DNA from: Hydrolagus affinis
Taxonomy: Eukaryota
Assembly (NCBI GenBank): GCA_012026655.1
Contig: JAAILG010001328.1
Span: 1 to 64,000, forward strand
DNA: 64,000 nucleotides
Direction of reading: 5' to 3'
Under the pieces are notes generated by a model. The model had not been told where the DNA came from. It did no database searches and worked only from the letters and a program-made list of their open reading frames with translations. The position numbers and the translations under genes are program-made. Below are positions 11,621 to 23,224 of this stretch, piece by piece; the first letter of the stretch is position 1, and every line of letters begins with the position of its first letter.

Positions 11621-12538
11621 AGAACTGAATTAAAATCTTCCCTAGATCTTCACAATGTTATATTGTAAGACAAAATAGTAATGCAGGCTGAGATTAGATG
11701 GAATTTCAGGGCCTCTGATTCTTTTCGGATGCTGATTCTCCCCAGGATTAAAACGAATCCATTACTGGATAAACAGATGAAAGTGAGAATTAGTATCAGA
11801 GTTTAGCCATGTGCTGGGATGCTTTGTCAGAGAGCTGATTAGATTTTCCATGATCAGATAAAGCAGAGCTAAAATGATTATTCAGTAGGTTTTGAGTGCT
11901 CCTTCTGTTTATCGATCGCTCTATGCAGAGCCCATTGGGACAGATTTACTTATCACCTAATGCAAAGCTGTTGTTTGTGACTGGTTAACAACTTTTGATG
12001 CTGAACACTGATACCCATACTGTGCTTGGCTGCAAATTCACTTTTCTCACTAATTTGCAGCAACTGTTGAAGCATAAACAAGTGGAACATTATTTACTCA
12101 GATTGGATTTCAAAGTTTAAAAAAAACTCCCAGGTCTCTTTTTCCTCCGTTTTGTTTGGGGCTGCCAGGAATAGGAGATTCACAACATGCTAATATAAAT
12201 GTTTGATGTAAATCTCCTGTGGTTTTAAACGAGAAATTGGAAGTCGGCACATGGATTGGGCAAGTAATTTAATTTAATTGAATACCTCCCAGGATATGAA
12301 CTGACTATAGCAGCTCTCGCAGTAAACCACAGGGAAGCACGTTGAGTTTGGGTCATCATGGTTTCATTGTGATCTTAAGGGCATTTGAAGCATGAACAGG
12401 GCTCTACAGGATATGTCAATATCAAATAAGACTTGTACTCAGGTTTAATACTGGTTTTAGGATTAGGCCATGCCTCCTGCTGCACAAAGAATAATGCTGA
12501 GGTGCAACAGCCAGTTAAGTTCTTAAAAACCGTCTGGT

Positions 12539-12810
12539 TATAATAATAATAATCCTTGCATTTGATTTAGCGCATTTCACGTCTTCTAGATGTCTCAAAA
12601 TGTTTCACAGAATACACTGTAAAATGAATTGACTATACATTTGTGGGCGAAATATGGTAGCCAATTGTGCACAGCAGTGTTGTTTTGAGGGATTATTATT
12701 AGTTATGTGGAGTAAGGAAACTTGCCCAAGGTTTCGCTCTGCTGGGAATCAAACCCAGGTCTCTCGGTTGTGAGATGAGTACTCTAACCACTGAGTTACA
12801 GGACTCCACA
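12539..12810 (-). mobile_element. Young SINE, near full length with internal deletion
   Basis: (taa)n tail to ctaaccactgagttacaggactccaca head. Confidence 0.9.
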
Positions 12811-12963
12811 AGTTTGGGTCCAGCTGTGTGCAGAACCAACCGTGTCAATATTGTTGATTAACAGATAGGAGACACATATACAGATGTAATTGTGCATAAT
12901 GCAACACCCCAATGTCTGCTGTTCTTGTTTACAAGGAAACCTGATGGAGTCTTTACCTGATCT

Positions 12964-13088
12964 TGTGGAGTCCTGTAGCTCATGGAGTCCTGTAGCTCAG
13001 TGGCTAGCGCACTCGCTTTACAAGCAAGAGACCTGGGTTCGATTCCAGGCTGGGCAAAACCTTTGGCAAGTTTTCTTACTCCACATTT
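12964..13088 (+). mobile_element. Young SINE tRNA-like head with duplicated 5' end
   Basis: tggagtcctgtagctca repeated twice, A box tagctcagtgg, B box ggttcgattcc, then ggcaagttttcttactccaca. Confidence 0.85.
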
Positions 13089-14199
13089 CATGTTGGGAGG
13101 CCATCTCAAAGAGCTTCACAGGATACACTGTAAAGTAAAGTAACGTAACTGTGTTTTGGGACAAATGTTGCGCTGCACCAAACTCCTCCAGTAGATGTTA
13201 ACAATATGAAGAAGATGATGTTCTTGCTCACTTTAAATAATCCACACATGTCTGTGAGAATAGGACAGCAATAGAGTTACTGTAGGTTCATGGCACCTTG
13301 CAGTGTGTCATTCTGGACAATGTGTCGAAGGAAAATGCTGGTTATACAAAACCAAACCAAACAAAGGATATGCATTAGGCTGCAAACCTAAACAAGGATG
13401 TCAAATAGCAGTTTCACATCTACAAACATATCCATTTAAAAATCAGGATCAATTGTCGAGCTCTCTGAAAGATCTGGGCAACAAGACCCTCTGGTATTTA
13501 TCTCCCTGCGTGGAATGACTGCCTAGATTTTGGAGACTGCCCAGATGCATGCAGTAGGATGTCTGGTTAAGGGCTCAACAAGACAAATTGATGCAATTTC
13601 CACAATTGACGTGAATATTTTTAGCTCTTTTGCTGTTGAAGGGATATAGAAGGAGAGGAGGGGGAAGCTGCCTTTACGTAATGTAATCTCCAGAAAGCCC
13701 CCTTTTTTTCCACACCATTATAGGATGTCATTAATATTGGGGACTTACAGAATTCTTTGCCTTTGATTCTTACATAGAAATAAATTTATATAAAATATGA
13801 AGGAATCTTTATTCACTTAAGCTCGTATTCCAAATATAGAGGCACTTCACTCTTTTGAAGATCAGTGATGTTCCGTGATGTTAATGAAAGTTAATCCTTG
13901 GATTTTATATCATGCCGATTAATATCCATAAATCTGATACAGCTTCACAAGTAATTGCTGTCAAGCATGGTAACTGTTTGTTTTGTTAAAAATATGCTAG
14001 TCAACTTGCATTTAAATAGCATCCTTCATAAGGGATAGTGTCTTGGATAAAGAAGGGTACAGGGAGGGAATGAAAGAAAAAGGTGGAGACTAATGTGTAG
14101 TATTTACACAGGCATGGGATGAATGAGTCAAATGGCCTGGATCATGTTGTACAGTCTAGGTAAATCTATGTAAATCAAATGAAGTATTAGTAAATTATA

Positions 14200-14858
14200 C
14201 TGCAAATTAGCATGCATGAGGACCTGGGTTTGAGCCCTGGGCAGAGCAAAATGTTGAGCAAGTTTCCTTTCTCACATGCCTCTGTTTACTTAGCAGTAAG
14301 TAGACACCTAGTTGTCAGTCATTGGCTAGATCACTTTTCCATGGATAATACAGTAAAATCTCGATAATCCAGCACAGTTGGGCCACTCACCTCCTGGATT
14401 TTGGAGTTTGTCGGTATTAGGATCTAAATGGCTGGGGAAGTCCTGCTCCATACACCACGTGTGCTGTAAACACAGCACTGAAGCCAAACAATGTCAGAGC
14501 AGTAACCACAGTGCCAGATAACAGAGCAGCGATGCTGGGAACTGCAAACAGCTGTTCTGAAATTTGGGATATTTGCTGACAACAGGAAAAAATTTATACT
14601 GTTTGTATTTTGAAATCTTGCCGGTTTTAGGAAATTGCCAAATTTTGGAATGTCGGATTATCGAGGTTTTACTTTAATCACTTTAAAAAAATTGGTAACT
14701 CAATCCCCCAGTTTGTGGGACACTGCTATGTACAATTAGTTACCGCCTACCACCCGCAAAATATACAGTCAATTCACTTCACAGCATATTCTGTGAAGTG
14801 CTTTGAGATGTCTCAAAGATGCGATAAAGTGCTATATGAAATGCAATAGTTATTATTA
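14200..14858 (+). mobile_element. Long-form SINE copy interrupted by a MITE
   Basis: Head gacctgggtttgagcc...gcaagtttcct, extra block ctctgtttacttagcagtaagtag, resumes after 14676 with tttgtgggacactgct...aatgcaatagttattatta. Confidence 0.8.
14351..14674. mobile_element. Non-autonomous Tc1/mariner (Tigger/pogo-type) MITE
   Basis: Terminal inverted repeats cagtaaaatctcgataatcc / ggattatcgaggttttactt, flanked by TA on both sides (14349-50, 14675-76); host SINE joins across it. Confidence 0.85.
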
Positions 14859-14864
14859 CAGTAT

Positions 14865-15025
14865 CACTAAGCAGGGAAGTCCAACGTCTGAACCATTATC
14901 TGTGCTGTTAACTCACAGTAAGTAACGAGGTAGAGACACTAGTTGGACTCAGTAGTTGTGAACTTGGGAAGTGAAAAAAATAATTTAGGATTCCTTCTCC
15001 TGGACACACAGAGTCACCCTTGTTA
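14865..15025 (+). mobile_element. LF-SINE-like fragment
   Basis: tctgtgctgttaact...gttggactcagt...gggaagtgaaaaaaa...ggattccttctcctgg...gtcaccctt. Confidence 0.45.
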
Positions 15026-15049
15026 TCTCCTTTTATAGTTTCTACTGTG

Positions 15050-15230
15050 TGTCAGGAGCTGGCTGATTTTCCACTAGAAAACCATTAATACCAATTTTAA
15101 CATCTTTGCTGGTGCCAGACGTAGATCAGCCCTCACAGCCCCATCTAGGAATTGAACCCATGACCTTCTTACCCTGCAATGGTTGAATTACACACTGGGC
15201 GGTGTACTTAATAATTGAGCCATCGGTTCA
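15050..15230 (-). mobile_element. LF-SINE-like 5' fragment
   Basis: ggctgattttcc...agatcagc...ggaattgaacccatgaccttc...ttgagccatcgg, reverse complement of an LF-SINE head. Confidence 0.55.
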
Positions 15231-15619
15231 GGCCCAAAGATATAATCGTTTTTAAATTCAAATATTCTACATATGCGTTTCCAACGAAAGTTTACAAAAC
15301 TTTAAGCCTGAAAAAAAGTTCATTCATCCACAGTATTTTTAAAAGGCACAGAATAAGTAGAGGTTGAACTTTAATTCTGAAAAATGTTGATCCATTCTGT
15401 GGCACCCACTTCATTTTGGATTGGATAATTTATGATGTACGGGGTCTGGGTGATGCAATGAGATACAATGGCTTCCTTTTACTGCTGAGAGTGGAGTTCA
15501 AATTCAGCCCAAACAGATGGAACAAAAGGCTTCTCTCTCTGGTGGCTGTTAAAAATAAGCAAAATAAGCTTGGGCAGTCTCAATCCATTTTGCAGTGGTC
15601 GACTCAGCAGCACTAGTCG

Positions 15620-15810
15620 ACTCAACCACCCATAATTTGGCACTAATTGATGCTAATTTGGCAATCTCATTCATAGAGGCCATAAAGATAGATGGTGTTG
15701 GAAATGGAAATGTCACACTGGTGCAATATTTTGAGGTCCAGGAACATTGTCAGGCTAATGTAGGAAACACTCTAGATTGTATCTCCTCTATGCTATGAAT
15801 GACACAGCAG
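15620..15810 (+). mobile_element. Ancient SINE-like relic (AmnSINE2-like)
   Basis: aatttggcactaattg...ttggcaatctca...gaggcc; shares aatgtcacactggtg with 18860-19090. Confidence 0.4.
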
Positions 15811-16002
15811 AAATAGATTGTGTCACAAAATAGAGAAAAAATATGTTCAGTTGTATCAATGTCATACCGTAACTTCTTAAAGAAACCAGTGATAAGGATA
15901 AAGAGGGATTTATATTGCAGCTGATATATTTTACAAAACTAATGTTATTATTGATATGATGCTATATAATGTTAAAAAATAAATGTGATATTTAATAATA
16001 AA

Positions 16003-16095
16003 TTAATAATAATGCTTGCATTGATTATAGTGCCATATCACGTCTTCGAGACATCTCAAAGTGCTTCACAGAAGCAAAGTGAATTGACCACATCT
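16003..16095 (-). mobile_element. Young SINE tail fragment
   Basis: aataataatgcttgcattga...gagacatctcaaagtgcttcacag. Confidence 0.75.
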
Positions 16096-16234
16096 TGAAA
16101 AGCAAACTGTATTTGGCAGATGGTAAAGATCATTCAAGCTTCTTACATGATAATAAAGCTTTAAGGATTTTAGAACCGCTACTTTCTTTGAAATTGACTG
16201 CCATTGTGCCAAATTAACTATCAAAAGAACAAGA

Positions 16235-16470
16235 GGAAAAATTCTGAGAATTATTTTTAATGTAGAGGCTTGCTAGCACATGGAATGCACTACTTGGAGC
16301 TTTGACAGCGACATAATCCATATTAGCTATTAAGAGAGAACTAGATAAATATCTGGAAGGAGAAATATGAAAACACAGGAGAAGTGGACTAAATGGATAT
16401 CTCCTTTAATGAATCAGCACAGGAACAATGGGCAGAATGAATGGCCCATGCTGAGTTTTCTATTGTGCTT
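16235..16470 (+). mobile_element. CR1 LINE 3' fragment
   Basis: tggaatgcactac...aagagagaactagataaatatctg...cagcacaggaacaatgggcagaatg. Confidence 0.7.
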
Positions 16471-16765
16471 CCGTTTTATGCTGATGAAGGTGGTGAGGTA
16501 AACAATAGCTGTATTTTAGAAATGTCTAAGCTCATATTGCTAATAGTGCTTCTATCACACATTGCAATACTATATTACTCTAAGCCTAACATAATCCTTA
16601 GGTAATAAAATATTGGCTTTTAGATAGTCAAAAGTCAGCATTTCAATATAAAATTTGTAACTTTAAAACTTAAATAGTAGTGTAATTGAAAACTCTATTG
16701 TAGACCTGTAGTCCACCCACCATCCTTAGATACTGTTCAGTTGATGGTTTGTTTCTAACAAACAT

Positions 16766-16960
16766 TTAGCTCAGAGGTTAGAGCACTCAGATCCCAAATG
16801 AGAGACCCTGGTTCAATTCCCAGCAGGTCAAAATGTTGGGCAAGTTTCCTTACTCCGCCCACCTCTGTTTACCTAGCAATAAGTTGCAACCCAGTTGTTG
16901 GTCAATTGGTGTATTGCTTTTCCATGGGTAATGAAGGGTTGCAAATTGTTTTCTTTGTGG
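16766..16960 (+). mobile_element. Long-form SINE 5' part
   Basis: tagctcagaggttagagcac...ggttcaattcc...gggcaagtttccttactcc, then ctctgtttacctagcaataag as in the 14.2 kb copy. Confidence 0.8.
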
Positions 16961-17829
16961 CACAGAGAAGCCATTCTCAATGGCTGATTGAACAGATAGT
17001 TCAAGTACTGAATTATCTTGAGTAGGCATCTTCAAGAGTAGAATACACCATTTCAATCTATCTGGAAAGTCTCCACATAAAACATTGTAAACTACTCTAT
17101 CAACACTCCATTAATTTCTTTGCCCAACTGATTTTTTAGATTATTTAAATACCTTCTTAAAAAAATTCTGACAGTATTTGCCTGGATAATCCACTCTACA
17201 TATCCACCATTCCCTATTTAAGGTCATTCTAAAATGTGTCCATTGTCCTCTCTTCTGAACTTGAGTCTATACCTCTTTGTGGTAGACTTTTTTGACCATG
17301 TTAATACAGGGTATTGATGTCTACCCTCCAGGACACTGGGAGAAAGCCCCTTCATGTTTTGAACAGATTGATGGGATTTTTATGACAACTTGGATAGGAA
17401 GAAAATTGATAGGATGGGAATTGATAGGAATATAGGAACAGAAGTAAGCCATTCAGCTCCTTGAGCCTGTTCTGGCATTCTATAAGATTATGGCTGGTCT
17501 GTATCTCCCTTTCCCCAAATCCTTTACACCCTTAATTAACAAATACCTATCAACATCAGTGTTGGAAAATGTGAATGGATCCAGTATCCACAGCCTTTTG
17601 AGGGATAGAGCTCCAGATTTTCACTATACTTTGGGTGGAAAATTGCCTCCTAATTTCACTACTAAGCAATCTGGTTCTAATTTTAAAGTGATGTCCCCTT
17701 GTTCTAGATTTCTCCACCAGAGGAAATAGTTTCTCTGTATTTAACCCATTAAATCCATTTATTATTTTAAAAACTTCAATTTGATCACACCTAATGATGC
17801 TGTATAATGTTAAAAAATAAATGCATTAT

Positions 17830-17941
17830 TTAATAATAATTGTTGCATTTGATATAGCCCTTTTTACGTTTTCTAGACATCTCAAAGTGCTTCGCAGAAT
17901 ATATTGTAAAATGAATTAACTCTATGTATGTGGGTGAAATA
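17830..17941 (-). mobile_element. Young SINE tail inserted in CR1
   Basis: taataataattgttgcatttgatatagc...ctcaaagtgcttcgcagaatat. Confidence 0.8.
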
Positions 17942-18017
17942 GCCTATCCTTATAATTTAGCTCATTAAACCCCGGTATTATTCTGGTGAATCTCCGCTGA
18001 ACCCACTACAGAGCCAA

Positions 18018-18324
18018 TGTGGAGTCCTGTAGCTCAAAGGTTAGAGCATTCACCTTACAAGTGAGACCTGGGTTCAATTCCAGGCAGGGCGAAACCTTGG
18101 GCAAGCTTCTTTACTCCACATACTTGATAATAATCCCTCAAAAAAAGATAATAAACCGATCTTTTCAATCCAGGGCTGATTATGGGACACTGATGTGTGC
18201 AATTGGCTGCCACATTTCGCCCAGTCAATTTACTTTACAGTATATTCTGTGAAGTGCTTTGTGATGTCTGGAAGATGTGGTAAGACACTATATCAAATGC
18301 AAGGATTATTATTATTGTTATTGT
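18018..18324 (+). mobile_element. Full-length young SINE
   Basis: tgtggagtcctgtagctc...ggttcaattccaggcagggc...caaatgcaaggattattattattg. Confidence 0.9.
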
Positions 18325-18424
18325 NNNNNNNNNNNNNNNNNNNNNNNNNNNNNNNNNNNNNNNNNNNNNNNNNNNNNNNNNNNNNNNNNNNNNNNNNNNN
18401 NNNNNNNNNNNNNNNNNNNNNNNN
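18325..18424. other. Assembly gap (100 N)
   Basis: Run of exactly 100 n. Confidence 1.
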
Positions 18425-18612
18425 ACATCTTATCAACGTCCCAAAGCGCTTCACAGAATATACTGTAAAGTGAATTGACTGTATATATTTGTGGGCGAAT
18501 CGCGGCAGCCAATTGCGCACAGCAGTGTCCCACACACAGTCGTGGATTGAAATGACCAATTTTATTATTGTGGTTTTTTTTGAGGGATTATTATTGTTAT
18601 TATTATTATGAT
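18425..18612 (-). mobile_element. Young SINE 3' two-thirds, close to family consensus
   Basis: cccaaagcgcttcacagaatatactgtaaagtg...cgcggcagccaattgcgcacagcagtgtccc; CpGs intact. Confidence 0.9.
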
Positions 18613-18684
18613 AATATCCTACCTGAGGTGTAGTGTCCAAAACTGAACACAGTATTCCAGATGGGGTCTGACCAAGGCTCGCAA

Positions 18685-18835
18685 CATCTCATCTGGAAAT
18701 TGGCACTTTCGACATTTCAGCGGTGCCCCAGCACTGCGTTAACCTGGATTATAAATTCACGTCATGACATCAGGCTTGAACCCCCAACCTTCTGACCCAA
18801 AATGAAAGTGCCACCAACTGAGCCAAGCTGACAAA
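18685..18835 (-). mobile_element. Older Deu-type SINE tRNA head
   Basis: ggcttgaacccccaaccttctgac...gtgccaccaactgagccaagctgaca. Confidence 0.65.
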
Positions 18836-18859
18836 CTACATTTCTAATCTGATTCAAAT

Positions 18860-19090
18860 CGCAAGAAAGCTGGTGTGGAAAATTGAATTGTCACACTAGT
18901 GGTGTAGGGTATGTGTTCTTCTGAGGTCAATGACTAAGCCATATTTTGGGGGCAGAGCAGTGGAAGATTTAATTTACTCTGTATTTGACCATGTTACAAC
19001 TAACCCCGGAAATTTGGATTCTGATGTGGAAAATGGAAAAATAGAGTTCTATTAAGCCTATAATGCAGCATTCGCTGCTATTGAATAAAA
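18860..19090 (+). mobile_element. Ancient SINE-like relic (AmnSINE2-like)
   Basis: gtcacactagtggtgtaggg...ggggcagagcagtggaag...tttactctgtatttgaccatg; a short inverted piece occurs at ~2410-2442. Confidence 0.4.
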
Positions 19091-19904
19091 ATTGCAATGA
19101 TTTATGTCTAAAACGTTAAAGACTACAGAATAGTCATACAAGTAGAGTACTGTATTTAATCTAAAATGTTATACTTGTATGGATGTTGTCTGTCTATCTG
19201 AGGATCCCATAGCAATCAAGTCAAATTATGACTATTTTCTAATGGTTATTTTTAGTGATTAAAGTTTACCGAAGAAAGATAAGACATGATGAACAGGCAA
19301 CTGTTTTTGTCATTACAGCTTTAAACATGATGAAATGCCTGATGTGAATAATGTACATAGAGTTTGAATTATCTCTGTCTAGAGATATAGTGTTAGCAGA
19401 ACTGAAGGCAACTATAACAGTTTATATTTTTTGGCTACAAGACAAACATTACTGGAAGCAGGCCTTCAGCCTGTATACACAAAATCAAAGTCATTTTCAT
19501 TTATTAAAAAACAATAAAGAAACACAATAAATGTCATCCAAAGATAAACATGTACCCAATTGTTTTCTGGTGATCTTATGGTATTGAAATAAACTAAATA
19601 TATTTTTATTTTAGTACCATAAGATTTTAATGACACCTGAACCATCAGAGCAGGCCTTGATTTACTTTTATAAAACAATTAGGAATACTTTCAAACTAAA
19701 CATTCAGTGTGAATGTTTTTAAGAAAGGAAGAAAAATCTTAATTCGTTTGCCTTCAATCTATCTTGGGTTATCCTGCTTTTCAGATAGGCTCACCCAATC
19801 GTTCGTACAATCCTAAATAAAATTCTTGAATAATTCTGTGATATTTTGTTACATTTTGTTACATGCTGAAATAAGACATTATTAGATACCTTCTTCTCTA
19901 CTAA

Positions 19905-20222
19905 GCTGGTGCGTCAATGCAACACTGAGGGAATGCTTCATTGTGTGAGTTGCTATCTTACAGGTAAGACAATATAGTGTACTGAGTTCCTGTCTGCCTG
20001 TTCTTTAGGTGGATGTTAAATATCCTATAGTGTCATTTGAAAAGCAAAAGGTGTTCCAGCAATCATCTTGATAAATTTGGTCATTCACCTAAAGGCTGTT
20101 TCAGGGTACACACTATATGCAAAATAGCTGTTGCATAATGCCCACAAAAACAGTCACTACAATAATTTGTGTAATGCACATTGAGGCATTTTAACTTGAT
20201 AAGGCAAAATAAAAATAAAAAT
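19905..20222 (+). mobile_element. Older Deu-domain SINE
   Basis: cactgagggaatgct...cctgtctgcctgttc...ggtggatgttaaatatcc...tggtcattcac...caaaatagctgttgc. Confidence 0.7.
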
Positions 20223-21214
20223 TCTTGCTCTCATCCTCACTACTTCATCTGACATTTATTAAAATACCTTCAACAAGATATTGCTGCTGGGACATGCCGG
20301 CGACAAACTTGTGTGGGTTTGTCAAAGACTGCTCTTTAATTTCAATTAATCTTAAACCCTCTTCACATCCCACATTCTACATAAAGGTATCTAGGACATA
20401 ACTAGGAAGCAGTCATCTCTGTAATAATCCTCACTTCACAAACGTGTTTAAAAGTGTTGCTTCCAATCAGCAGAAGGCATTATGTATAATAAGTTCCAGT
20501 GAATGGCAATAGGATTCCTCAGGCTGCATTTGACAAGCACGTTTTCAAGATATGACTTGTGCTTTTCAGGATATAAGATATTCCACTTGCTGTCAGGAGA
20601 TTACTGTCTCTAGAAAAATGGTAAACATTCAGATAGCCAAACCACATTAAAGGGACAAATAGCTATTTGGCCTGTTCCCAATGCTGTAATTGAATCCGAC
20701 CAAAAATCGAAACTGTACAATGCAAAGCATGTCTTGTGGCATACTTTTACTTTAGATCAGAATTAATAAGGTTCTTTAGAACGCAATTAAACAAATATTG
20801 GGATTGTAATTCAACTGTCTCCTCTCCACAAAGCACTAACTTGTGCTGGTGTATGGTTCAGGCACTGTATCAAACTCCTTTCAGTCCCCACCCCCCAAAT
20901 GGTTCATGTGTGAAACTTGATTCGGTGTGTCGATAGGGTGGATGTCTTCACTGTGAAAGGTATCACAGCCAAGCCCAATCCAGCCTTTACATGTGTTGAA
21001 TATTACAGAATATTCAAATGATTGGTCAAATTTGAATGCTCAGTGATTTTACCAAACGGGAAAATCTATTATTTTTGTTTCACCATCTTAATAGTAAATA
21101 ATATAGATTCCTGTGGCGAGACTGAGCATGTGTCGGTTTGATATTTAACTGATGTACAGAGGATTATGTCAGTGTCATTTTAAAAAAAATCTTATAGACT
21201 TGTAGGGTATAATT

Positions 21215-21935
21215 ATTTCTCAATATTGTCCTCCTGTGAAGGCTGGGCTGACTCATGCCTGGTTACGATTCCACAGACTCCTTTTGATGCATTTAACCAA
21301 CGAGTTCAATCACGGGTTGCTAAATTCAGTTGTGGCTAGGCTTCTGAACTTCACGAAAGTAACCCTCTTGAACTGGGATCCGAGACAGTGAATGTTGACA
21401 AGCTATTGAGTCTATTCAACTGTTAGGATATCAGAGCTGATTACTACCTCACCATAGAACACATTTTCTAGGGGGAATCTCTTTCAAGAAGAGGTAATAA
21501 TAATAATCCTTGCATTTGATGTAGCGCTTTTCACGTATTTTATATAGACTTCTCAAAGAACTTCACAGAATATACTGTAAGATGATAATATACTGAATAT
21601 GTGAAACTCGGCAGCCAATTGCGCACAGCAGTGTCCCACAACCAGTCCTGGTTTTAAATGACCAATTTATTATTGTTTTTTATGTTTGAGGGATTATTAT
21701 TAGGCATGTGGAATAACGAAACCTGTCCAAGGTTTTGCCCTGCCTGAAATTGAACCCAGGTCTCTCACTTGTAAGGCCAGTGCTCTAACCACTGAGCTAC
21801 AGGACTCCACGAGACTCCATGAGGTAGAATGGGAGTGCTGACTGATTTACACCTTCTTTGCCTTGGGATGTTCCTCAGGCAATTATAATGTGCTTACTCC
21901 TTTCCTGGCTGAAACCAGTGAAGTGAACAACAGCC
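21215..21935 (-). mobile_element. LF-SINE-like element split by a young SINE
   Basis: cctcctgtgaagg...gctgactc...ttccac; gacagtgaatgttgacaagctattg; resumes after 21820 with gactgattt...ggcaattataatgtgc...cctggctga. Confidence 0.55.
21496..21810 (-). mobile_element. Full-length young SINE
   Basis: (taa)n tail to tgctctaaccactgagctacaggactccac. Confidence 0.9.
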
Positions 21936-21960
21936 AATGTATTGCTCAGTATTATATTTC

Positions 21961-22025
21961 AGCGCCTTGGGACGTCCTCCCGACGTGAAAGGCACTCTAT
22001 AAATGTAATTTTGTTGTTGTTATTG
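21961..22025 (+). mobile_element. Short L2-type 3' tail
   Basis: agcgccttgggacgtcctcccgacgtgaaaggcactctataaatgtaattttgttgttgt. Confidence 0.75.
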
Positions 22026-22229
22026 TTTGTGGGGCTGTTTAGTTATCCACTGAGCAATCAGAAGCTGTGGAACATTTTTAGAATATTTGTCTAATAGGCA
22101 ACATAATACAGTACTGTACAGTGCATGGTTGTTCTATTATCCATGGACTGGTTTGAAACCACAAAAATTATACTTTATACAATTAAGAATGCTGATGTAG
22201 CAAAACTTTCAGAAGACAATCTTTAAATT

Positions 22230-22640
22230 GTGGGATGACTCAGTTGGGTAAATGCTTCAAATAGAGTTGATTTGAGCCAGATAAACCAGGAATTTCCCAG
22301 GTTTTATGGCTGGTGAGTTAGTAATTTTCACCCAGGTGACATTGGGTGGTATAATTGATCTCCCCATTCCTTGGGTTGAGGGGGGGAAAACAAAGCAGGC
22401 AAGATTTCTAGGGAGCTGCCAGCCACTGACAAGATGCTAGGAATCACTAGCATGCAGATAGATGTTAGATTAAAGTCTGCTGTTATGCATTTCCTCCATC
22501 ATTTCCTCTGTGATATTGCTCTGGCACTGGACTGACATACTGAACACTTGAGCAAAATAGAGGGAGAATGCCAGCATTTTACCAAATATAGAAAAGCACC
22601 TTTGCGGGTATCAGTGCCTTAAGGAAAAGAAAAAGGGAAA
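22230..22640 (+). mobile_element. LF-SINE-like element, near full length and diverged
   Basis: gatgactcagttgggtaaatg...tgagcc...cccaggtt...ataattgatctc...ccttgggttgagggggggaaaa...tcagtgccttaaggaaaag. Confidence 0.6.
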
Positions 22641-23001
22641 GTAGACATGCGCTGTGATTTCACTACCAAACAGGTGGCAACATTTGCCCCAGAAGAAGGC
22701 GAACGAATTAAACAGACCAACATGTCAATCCTTTTTCAATAAGTGGCCTTGCAAAAGAATGGCTGAATGCAGCCACATTCTATGTATGGTGCACATCAGT
22801 AAACAGTTAGAGCCTATATCTGTGCCATTACTCAATCCTGCAAAGCCTTCTTGTGCACTGTTGAAGAATGACTCTGAATGGAAGAGTTAACACTGATTAC
22901 AAGGATAAATTGGTTTGAGAACAATTCAATACAATGAGCAGATTGAATGAAATGTGACAGAGCTACTTCAGTATTTGTTTTGGAGATATTTTGTAATACT
23001 G

Positions 23002-23115
23002 TAATAATAATTATCCTTGCATTTGTTATAGAGCCTTTTCACATCTTTGAGACATCTCAAAACGCTTCACAGAATATACTGCAAAGTGCATTGACTATGG
23101 ATTTTGTGGGTGATA
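23002..23115 (-). mobile_element. Young SINE tail fragment
   Basis: taataataattatccttgcatttg...gagacatctcaaaacgcttcacagaatatac. Confidence 0.8.
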
Positions 23116-23224
23116 TACCAGTGCACAATCTACACAAGATGTTGAAAATGCTTATAGATAAGTCAAGTCCATCTTCTGAAAGTGGAATCTCACTTAACCA
23201 CTATTCATTCCAGCCAAATAGCGG

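Larger units (their letters stand above)
17423..18680 (-). mobile_element. CR1 LINE 3' portion, split by SINE insertions
   Basis: ataggaacagaagtaagccattcagctccttgagcc (3' end), continuing 17941-18017 and 18613-18680 (ccaaaactgaacacagtattccagatggggtctgaccaaggc). Confidence 0.8.

Noticed and set aside
12980-13053. tRNA-Val(TAC) gene, and similar heads at 18020, 21740, 47470 and 54730
   Set aside because: Each continues into SINE body sequence and has stem mismatches; these are SINE heads
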